Assembly: GCF_026571515.1 (NCBI RefSeq)
Contig: NW_026865396.1
Span: 310,001 to 374,000, forward strand
Origin: Ruditapes philippinarum
Taxonomy: Eukaryota
Reading direction: 5' to 3'
Length of the DNA stretch: 64,000 nucleotides
Positions 38,394-48,147 of the stretch are shown here, in pieces (within the stretch, counting starts at the first letter, position 1; each line of letters begins with the position of its first letter). The notes under the pieces are model-generated. The model was given only the letters and a program-made list of their open reading frames with translations, was not told where the DNA came from and did no database searches. The position numbers and the translations under genes were made by a program.

Positions 38394-39140
38394 GGTATGA
38401 CTATCCAAATGCATTACCTCCGCGTTGACGAGTACTCAAATATGCTAGAACTACTGTTAACTACATTGAAACTAAGAACCGTGGGTTCAAACCCCAGAAG
38501 GGTCAACTATTTTTTTCTTTCTTTTTCTTCTCTTAACATTATTTATATATCTCTCATAAGCCTTTTGGGAAGAAAAAAGTGTTTTATTTTAGAAATTTAA
38601 TTTATATACTTTTAGGTATTTATTAGCTAAATAATGCTAAATCTTATAACAAAATATGATACCTGATATTTTCAATGTGTATCAAAAAAAAAAAAATTTG
38701 ACGGTAAAAGTATTTAATATTTTACAAGATCAACCAATATAATTTTGGAAAATTTAGGGAAACTTTGAAAACAGGCACTCATTTTGGTAAATTAATGAAT
38801 TCTTTAAATTAGGCTCTCTAAGTAGGAAAATGGTCAAACACGTCTTAAAATGGGCGGGGTAGGGTAACATTTTTATACATATTTCATAAATTTTGAGTAG
38901 AAACAATCATTATGCATATATGGATAGTAAGCTGAATGGTACTATTTGTTTCTCACCAAAAAATAATTATTTTCCTAAGGATGATATTCTAGAATATTTA
39001 AAAGCTCCTTATTTCTGAAAAGGGCCATTATAATATCCCAGCTTCTGTTCAGAAATGTGGCCATTTCCGTACTCTAAGACTTGTTTACATTTTGCATGCA
39101 GTTGTCCTTTAAGGTATTATGTTGTCAATTTTCAAGTTCG
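38394..39140 (+). mobile_element. Second copy of the TTAA element, right TIR lost, in the TRIM copy 1 5'UTR intron
   Basis: Collinear with 20812-21575, flanked by TTAA on both sides; empty site in the paralogue near 63398. Confidence 0.85.
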
Positions 39141-39712
39141 TTAAAGCGGCATGCCTCTAGATTCATGGTTATTTTCATGAAAATTTGAAAAAAAAGTATT
39201 TAAAAGTAAAATATAGACAGGTGAGCATAGACAGTAATCTACATATTGCAACAACACTTACAATTCATGTTAATAAGCAAAAATCTAGCACATCAAAATA
39301 TGCAAATATAATTATAAATACTGCAAAAATCAATTGTTAATCGCACATGGCATGTACATTACTACGTGAATCTCGAACTGTTTAAATTTTCCTAAAATGT
39401 TAGTACAGTTTTCTAAAGTTTGATTTTTTCTTAAAATTCATTGACTCGTCTGGAATTATGCAGCTATAAAACAACATTATCTAAAACAAGCTCATTTTAA
39501 TGTAATTGATCGAATTAAATATTAACATCGAAAATGCTGTTTCCGTTTTTAATAATTATCTTGATTATGAAATTAATATACAGAGTAAATAAAATAGGTC
39601 TGCAGGTAACTTTGTAAGCTTCACTCTTTTGAATATTTGATTTGATGTAGTCAAATTATAATCACCAAAAATTTAAATGAAGTAATTAAAATTTTACATT
39701 CTAGAATTAATA

Positions 39713-41515
39713 ATGGAAGTTTCTGGCAAGCGACAAAATAAATTGACACATTCGATATCACATGGGTCTGCTGAAGATTTTGTATTATTCTGTATCCCAT
39801 GTGATAGAGATGGTGAACGGGTTCCAGCTAAGGGGTTTTGTACCACTTGCAATGAACATCTTTGTAAAACCTGTTACAAGCATCATAGGAAACCAGCACC
39901 TTTACGCAATCATGTTCTGCTTGATGAAAACTCCATGCCAACAACACCTACCGTTCCATTATCTCAAGACAACTTCGAAAGCTGTGATGATCATCAAGAC
40001 GAAAAACAGAAATATTACTGTAGAGATCACGACACCGTAGTTTGCAGTGTTTGTGTAACGTTAGATCATAGGACCTGTAAGGTGGAATACATACCTAAAC
40101 TTTCAAAGCATATTCTAGACAGTGAGGAACTCAATGAGTTAATGGCGGAAATGAAATCACTTGAGGAAGTTTGTAAATTAGGTATAAAGAGAGCAAAAGA
40201 TGAGATAAAAGCCATTTCTGAAAATCATGATAAGGTTATAAAGGCAATTCATCAATTCAGAAAGGAAATTAATACACGTCTCGACGATATGGAAAAGATT
40301 GTTGTTAAGGACGCGGAGAGAATCTCTAATAAAGAACAAATGATTCTGAAGAGTTTGTCAACAGATATAGAAGACATAAAAGACGAAACGGTAAAGAAAC
40401 AAGTATGCTTAGATAACCTGATACAAAAGAACTGTCTTGACAAACTGTATGTTGAAATGAAAGTAGCCACGAAACGACTTGTAGAAATGAAGATGAAGGC
40501 AAAACAACATAGTCAAATAAACAATGATGAAACAGTAAGCTTTGTCAAACATCAGGCAATTATTGATGTGTTAGAAAAATATAAGCAGTTAGGGGAAATT
40601 GTATCTGTTAAATCATCCGATAGTGAAAATGTTGCAATGATCAAAGATACATCAATACCGCCTGAGAATCAGACTCTAAATCTTAAAGTTGTCGAGGACA
40701 TAAATGTGAAATCTGCATCGGATGACGAAAACTGTGAAATAACTGGGATAGAGGTTATTCAGCCGGATAAGATCGTGGTCTGTGATTATGAAAACCGCAA
40801 AGTAAAATGGTATGATACAGAACAGAAGAAAACTGTTTCTGAGATAAAACTCAATTATTCACCGTATGATGTTGCAGCTATTACATATTATGATAGATTT
40901 GTCGTGACTATTCCTATTGATAGATGCGTCCATTTTATGTCACTAAAGAAACAACACATAGTTTCTGATCGTAAGGTGAATATCAATGAGATGTGCTATG
41001 GTATTGCTTTCAGCCAAGATAAGCTTGTTGTGTCTTGTTGCAATTTTGGTACAGGAAAAGTTTTAATTCTTGACGTACAAGGTAAAATATTGCAAAGTTT
41101 TAGTGGAGATAATAGTCTGTTCTGCTGGCCTCGTTATGTCACAGTGAATAAAGATGGAACATCTATATATGTTAGTGACTGTGGTTTTTCTGTGAAGGCT
41201 GTAAAAGAACTAGACTGGCGGGGGAACGTTATAAATACCTATCAACCAGCACAGGGAGGATCAGATCTACGAGGTATTTGTGAGTTAAATGATGGCACCT
41301 TTCTTGTTTGTTTGGATCAAGATAGTGACGACAATTTACGTAGAATATCAGACAGCTGTAAGCCGTGTAAAATAACGATAAATGAGAAACTTGGTAGATG
41401 GTATCCAAATGCTGTTGCATACTGTAAGAAAAATAGAAAACTTTATGTGTCTTATTCGGAAACAAATGATTTTTTCGCTTCATGTAGTTGCATAAAAGTA
41501 TTTAAGTTGGAATGA
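39713..41515 (+). CDS. RING-less TRIM-like protein: B-box1, B-box2, coiled coil, NHL-like beta-propeller (600 aa, CDS in one exon)
   Basis: CxxC..CxxC..CxxC..H..H (B-box1), CxxH..CxxH..CxxC..HxxC (B-box2), heptad-rich middle region, C-terminal repeats such as ITGIEV..IVVCD, PYDVA, CYGIA, PRYVTV..IYVSD. Acceptor ctag at 39701-39704; AATAAA at 41837. Confidence 0.93.
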   Translation: MEVSGKRQNKLTHSISHGSAEDFVLFCIPCDRDGERVPAKGFCTTCNEHLCKTCYKHHRKPAPLRNHVLLDENSMPTTPTVPLSQDNFESCDDHQDEKQKYYCRDHDTVVCSVCVTLDHRTCKVEYIPKLSKHILDSEELNELMAEMKSLEEVCKLGIKRAKDEIKAISENHDKVIKAIHQFRKEINTRLDDMEKIVVKDAERISNKEQMILKSLSTDIEDIKDETVKKQVCLDNLIQKNCLDKLYVEMKVATKRLVEMKMKAKQHSQINNDETVSFVKHQAIIDVLEKYKQLGEIVSVKSSDSENVAMIKDTSIPPENQTLNLKVVEDINVKSASDDENCEITGIEVIQPDKIVVCDYENRKVKWYDTEQKKTVSEIKLNYSPYDVAAITYYDRFVVTIPIDRCVHFMSLKKQHIVSDRKVNINEMCYGIAFSQDKLVVSCCNFGTGKVLILDVQGKILQSFSGDNSLFCWPRYVTVNKDGTSIYVSDCGFSVKAVKELDWRGNVINTYQPAQGGSDLRGICELNDGTFLVCLDQDSDDNLRRISDSCKPCKITINEKLGRWYPNAVAYCKKNRKLYVSYSETNDFFASCSCIKVFKLE

Positions 41516-44480
41516 TGATACTTAAAAAAAGAAGAAATGATGTGCTTAATGATCACAATTCAATTTAAAATGCACACAATATTTTCAATGAAAACTAACA
41601 TATGTGCTATCTTTATACAAAGAAAAGTCTATTCAGTGATGCACGTTATCGTTTGTATTGTATTAATTATTCTATCTTGAACCAATAATCATTCATATTT
41701 TTGATTATTCTTATTTTAGATTTTTTATATTTGTTTATGTACCTATATATTAATGTAGAATATCAATTTCTATTTCTCGCTGTGAAAATAATAGTCCTTA
41801 TATTTCCAGATTTAACTATTACTAGAAATGCAAGTAAATAAAAAAATAAGCATGTTAATCAGTTTAAGTTTTAGTTACTTATCAGTCAGCAACATTTTTG
41901 ACTTTAATCATATACAAGTGTATACAACTGATAGCAAATACAATTAATTACTTGAACGTAAACACATATACAGATAATACAGCACAACATACAAGAAAAC
42001 TACAAGTAAAATGGTTTCCTGCGGTGAACATTTTAATGATATAAAGATATTTCATTTAACAGTTTTCAACATTATTTGGGGGGGGGGATAAATAAACGTT
42101 TGTAACAGGAATATAATCGAACAATATAGAAGAAGGTCTTTGGAAACTGCATGTGACCGTTGAAGACCGGAGAAGGTCGAACATAAAACAATTATTTCTT
42201 TTTAAGAAAAGGATTAAATAGGCCTACCATTTTATGAATAATTCCGAGCAAAAAATAAATAAAGTAAACACAAGTTTACGCAGAAAATATCTTTATTTAT
42301 TATGGCAGATGCCACTACGAATTTTTTAATTTTGTAGATTTTCAGTATAAACAATTTATTGTTTGTAAAATTTGTGATAGATATTAAAGAAACATTGATA
42401 ATGTTCAAGTTTTTCCACCTTAAACGGTAAAATAATTATAGAAAATTAGAAATATCACGTAATAGATTTTTGTTCTCAATTAGGTGTAATTCGGACTAAT
42501 TCCCTTCAGGTTAATCCGTAACGTACCGGCAAACGGTATTTAGCTGGGTTTTCGAAAAGGTCAATTAACCAATCATATACGGTTTACAGATCACATGCTC
42601 CTCCATGTACCGAAAACAGGTCACGTGCTCCTCCATGCCTCAAAAGTTAAACGCGTACCAATACCCTGCGGTCTCCAGACCGCAGCGAATAAGATCAGAC
42701 TGCAAGCATATGAATTTTCCGTTATATATATATCACATTCAAACACTGTATTTGATTCATTAGGACTGTATTATTGTTTCTCATCGATCCGGGAAAATGT
42801 CGGAGGCAGATGATAATTTCAAATTGCTTTAATCGAACATTCTGTACAAGGAAGGGTATCTGGATTGACGACAGCTGAAAACAACGTTTTCGCTTTAGTG
42901 GTGTACAAGAAAAGCATTGATGCAAAGCATCAAAGGGCATCAAAGCAAGAAATGCAGAAAGTAAAGATGAACATGACAAGATATTCTTATAAACTTTCCA
43001 ATGGTTAATTTGTTTTTACCAGAATGAACGGACGAAAGACATTGTTCATTATGAACTTTGATTTGCATGCTAGAGATTAGAATATTACTTGTTATTTCTT
43101 TATGATCGTGATTATTAATAGCAACGGATATACATGTATACCATCATTTATAATCCATATGTGTAACGCATGATCAACACCACACTTGTGGAATTGTCTC
43201 GTATTATGTTATCGCTATTAGCAAAGACCCCTTCTTAATTAAGGTATCTGTTCACACTTAGTAAAATATGACACTGGTTATATTATCATGTTGATCATGT
43301 TGAGCATAATTGTTTATTATACAAAAATTGTAATATTTATTTTAATATAAGAAATACAGATTTTAATGAATATTGTTTTCTTCTCTTTTTGTGTGTTTTA
43401 TGTGCTATTTTAATACTTAGTTTTTACGTGTACTAATCTTTTTTATCAGAATTCAATTGTCATATTGACCGACGATTTTAAGTCAAAACTTAACTGGAAA
43501 AAATTAGTAAATTATGCTTAATCTTTCAATATATATTGTTTATTTTTACATTTGTATTTTTCTTTATCATTTTTTAAATGATCAATCAATTGAATAATTC
43601 ATAAAATCTGATTTGTAACTTTGAATAATTCCTCGGCATCTTTACTAAACACGAATAGCAAATTAAATAAAATGTTTCAAAGTTGATAGTGTCATATTAT
43701 TACCATAAAAATGTACCCTTTTCTCAATTATTGCACATATTTATTGTTTTTATCTCATATAGATAAAATGAAACATGCTATTGTTGTTGTTGTTGGTTTT
43801 TTTTTCGAATTGTATGTTTATCAATAAATTTGAGAGTTGATCTGTGTTTATTAATTATTGTAACCAAAGTAAGTGACAAACATTCATTTTGGAAAAAAAG
43901 CTTATTTATCTGTAAAATCTTTGTTCTGTTCTGTAACGATATCTGTAACGATATCAAACATCTACTCCAAAACCGGGAGAGACCGGACAATAAACGTGTG
44001 ATACTATTCGCCGGTCACTAGTAAATCCCGGTCAAAATAGACCGGGAGAGACCGGGAATTACCGATAGCAGTGCATCGGTTCGCAGTGCATCCTTCTATA
44101 AATAGATTTTTCATCAACTCATCATTCTATTTTAACATACCATAAAAACCCACTGTGTACTACAAAATGATAAAAAAACGGAAAAGATTATTTCATGCAT
44201 TGCGAAATTCTCCAGTTCTGCTATTCATTGTACATATCGAGACATTTTTTTTAATCAAGCACCCTCATACCGATCGGAATGATCGGCTTTTATCATGACC
44301 GACTAAAAGGCTCGAGAAGTTGATGTCGCCCATTCACAAAATCTGATTTCATTCCATAAGGGCGCCGCGCTTCGGCGCGGACGCCAATTATGGAGTAAAT
44401 CTCACTATGTGTGTTTATCACAGACTGTCGTATTTCCGTGGTAAACATCCGCTTATATAACAATTTTGTTTGATATTGAC

Positions 44481-45676
44481 TTAAGAAATAATATATCCCA
44501 AACAGTGATTTTATCGCTCAATAATATCTCTGTTTGGAGTTCGGATGCGAGGAATTATATCACAAGGGCGTAGCCCGAGTGATATAATGATGCGCATCCG
44601 AACGCCAAACAGTGATGTTATCAAGCGATAAATCATCGATTTGGGTATATTATTTCGATTCTAACATGACATCAACAAATAAATGCTGCGGTACCTATAA
44701 TTAAGCTTTATTGCACCTGATTTGTTTCCGTTCTTTATTGCATATTCTAACACGACCCGTATTTTTCACTATTGAATATAATAGAAGAACCGAAAGTGTG
44801 GTATTTTAGTTCTTTCTATTTGGCTTCTTTCTTGTCGGGTTGTTCCAGTATTCCTCACTTGAATACTGTTGAATCACCCTTAGGATATGAGGCCTGCTTT
44901 TTAAATTTGTCTTTTGATGTTATATCTGTGATATGTAAGCTTCATAACCTTTCAAAATCCTTTCAAGATCCCCTTTCAAAATTCCATTGTATTTAGTTCC
45001 GCCCATTGTTTTCTCGTTTAGGGCACACGCATTGTTTTACTTGGGGACCATATGCCGCTTTTCGTGGAATGGCACTAACGTGTCACATTGAAGGTTCCAT
45101 GATAACCGCCATATGAACACATCTGCGGATGTTTCAAAATTCTAAATTTTACCAGTTCATGTTAAATGTTGAATTCTGCTTAAGCCGGTGCTAGAGGGCG
45201 TGGACGGTAGTTTGCACTTAACAGTACCGCCAATGAACAGGCTCAATCAAACCGAGCCTGCAACATTTTCAATTTTGCCGTGCTGGGCTTTCTGTAGGGA
45301 TTCTTATTTCACTCTATTTTATTATGCAATAGAGCCATTGTTGACGTTCTATATTTAGATATGTAACGCAATCATTATATATGTGACGTAACCACTAAAA
45401 GAATCCGACGCGCTTAAAATAAGTACGGAAGCAAATCATGCGCAATTTTGCTAAATATCAGGTACGACAACTTTTATTATTGATGTCGTGTTAGATTCGA
45501 CATAAAATATCCAAATAGGTGATTTTATCGCTTGATAACATCACTGTTTGTCGTTCGGATGCACATCATTATATCAATCGGGCTACGCCCTCGTGATATA
45601 TTTCGTCGCATCCGAACTCCAAACAGTGATAATAATGAGCGATAAAATCACTGTTTCGGATATATTATTTCTTTAA
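44481..45676. mobile_element. ~1.2-kb element bounded by ~200-bp inverted repeats that are themselves palindromic
   Basis: 44481-44685 is the reverse complement of 45475-45676; each arm is a palindrome centred on GGGCGTAGCCC (44566-44576; 45580-45590). Confidence 0.75.
44935..45320 (+). repeat. Dispersed repeat family A, copy 3 (longest)
   Basis: As above. Partial copies at 3405-3470, 6180-6250, 13165-13255, 13612-13700, 17140-17185(-), 19290-19362(-), 60722-60930(-). Confidence 0.85.
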
Positions 45677-46589
45677 TAACTCACACTTTCGATTCTGCTA
45701 TATTTAATAGGGAAAACATGCGGGTCGTGTTAAATTTGCAATATTAGGCTAAAAGTAAACAAGACATGGAGACATCTTACCTATTTTTTTCTGAAATATA
45801 AGGTATGCACATGTCTTTTGTAAAAATCAGTTTCTGACTGATTCAAAGCCTTATACGTTTATCTCAACATTTCGTTATCTCGATATTTTTTGACAGTCCC
45901 GATGACTTCGAGATAACGAGAGTCGAGTGTATCTGAAACCACCATGAATAGAAGAAAAAACTTTTCTCATAAACAGTTGTAATTTTACATTGAAGATTTT
46001 GATAGGATACTATATTAAACGTGAATGACTTGTAGCATATTTGGATGACTTCTCTCATGGAATGGAGAGAACATCGGCCTTGTTATATATACGATGTTTG
46101 TGCAAGTCGACATTTTTCCGTGATAATTGATCTCGGATATTAAGCCTATCGGTCATTGAACCTCTCGGTTGATCAGTAATAGGTCACTTGCAGATTACTC
46201 GGTAATAAGGGATACTATTAAATTATCCATGAAAGCAGGTACGGGGGACTGGTAGCCGAGATATGACAAAATGTGTTCTTATACAAGCAAAAGATTTTTA
46301 CCGTTAAATTGATGAAAATTTGAACGAAAAACAATCTGATAAAAAAAAATTCATACTGACCTTTATCCTTTATCTTGAAATAAAAACATGACACTTTAAA
46401 AAGCACTTGAATAAAGCCTTTATTTCGGCGGATAATACGTTTGAACCCACCAAGCTTATCATCGTCATCATCGTCATCATCACATCATCAATATCATAAT
46501 CGTCGTCGACACCGAAGCACCGGCAATTCGAAAAATACCTCATCCTAAATGATATAGAAAAATGTAGTATTCAAGTGCTAGAAAGTGAT

Positions 46590-46795
46590 CGGGCTTTAGA
46601 GACCGAGTGGTTAATGTTATCAAATGCAAATAACTTTTGCCACTCACCAGTGTAAGTTCGAATCTCGTCAGAAACTTTTAGTTCTTTCAAGTGAGAAAGC
46701 TTTTCAGCTAGCTTAGTGTACGGAGGGTCGTTTGTACCTGATGCACGAATGGGCACTAGACGTCTTCTTTCATCCGTAAAGATGGAAACAAACCA
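46590..46795 (+). mobile_element. Degenerate SINE copy
   Basis: ccgagtggttaa..gttcgaatctcg..gtgagaaagcttttcagctagct..gggcac..tcttc, collinear with the 3105-3383 element. Confidence 0.7.
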
Positions 46796-47728
46796 AATTA
46801 TGTTTAGATCATACCAAATGATGATCTGAAAATCAAATTTTAATTTTTACATCGGCAACTTTTTAACTTACGATCTTCCGTAAATAAATTCGTTCGTGGA
46901 TAATGGGTCAGCCGGGGCGAATTATTTTCCTTTGACAAGTTCGTTCAATTTACCGCACAAGTATTTACGGATGTTTCATTAAGGCACGTTTTGGTTATCA
47001 TTCATTTTCATTCATTTTTTTTGGGTTTACAGAGATTTGTTTGCATTAGTTCAAACAGTTAAAAATAATGACATGAGTGAATCATATTTATTATTTGACC
47101 GTACTCATTGAATGCTTGTATTTTTATAAGAAAGATAAAATATTTTGTTTAAGTGCATATATTCTGTTAAATGTGTATCATGTAAGCCCGGTGTAATTGT
47201 CTCCCTTAGTTGTATTTTGCAGATGAGTGCCCAAAATGTATGTATTGGTAAGACTGACAGATTAATTTCCCTTCGTATTCAGCTTGATTATTTATTTATT
47301 TATTTTATTTATTTTAATGTCAGAAAATAGATATATTATTTTTTGGTAAAATAATAAAAAAAACAGGAGAAATAAAACAACAACACACACTTTATTTATA
47401 TAACATTTTCTTTCAGACATAAGTGATAACATATATATTTAATATATACACAAATAATATCTGTAGTTCATATTGCACATTCTAACCCACATTAAAATGT
47501 AGAAACTGTCAAAACATTTTATAGTGGCAGTCAATAAAATTGTATTAACAAACACGCCTTAAATATCAAGTAATGTTTTCATAGTTTTACCAATGAATAT
47601 ACATAAAAGCAACTTAGGTCCATATAGCAACTGAACGAGAAGATGTTTATTGACCAATGAGTTACATTTTGAGAAAAAAGGCATTTCTGAGGTAAAGGGC
47701 TTTTAAATATTTAGTTGATTAGATTAAT

Positions 47729-47756
47729 CAAGGATTTATATTAATATAAATCCGTG
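47729..47756. mobile_element. 28-bp palindrome with 7-bp target duplication (GATTAAT)
   Basis: GATTAAT|CAAGGATTTATATTAATATAAATCCGTG|GATTAAT. Confidence 0.75.
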
Positions 47757-48083
47757 GATTAATTCAATATATCAAAGAATTTGAAAATGGAACAATTTCC
47801 TGGGACAAAATATACAAAATTGTAATTCAAACCATGACAGATATATAAAATTTGACCCTTTTTTATAAATCCATACAATACACGTATTTTCCAAAATAAA
47901 AATGAAACATTTCGCTGCGTCACCCTGTAATATAAAATTAGTTACAGATGTATTTTATTCAGGGTGGCAAATCCCCAACACCAAATAGTCAAATGTTTTT
48001 GTTTTTTTCAACAAGACAAGGGCATGTGACAATTAACAGGCAAGATCGAGTTTCATCTTGGTGACGTATCACAATATGGGAAT

Positions 48084-48147
48084 TCACTTTGGTGGCGTGT
48101 GCAAATTATGATGATGCTGATTCCGAAGATCGCCGCCAGGTGGCACT
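48084..48147 (-). CDS. Possible terminal exon of the homeobox gene ([20 protein letters not shown])
   Basis: tttcttgcag acceptor; phase matches the donor at 48555; GC-richer than flanks. Confidence 0.5.

Noticed and set aside
39762-41483. Small ORFs overlapping the TRIM CDS
   Set aside because: Alternative-frame or antisense shadows of the 600-aa ORF.
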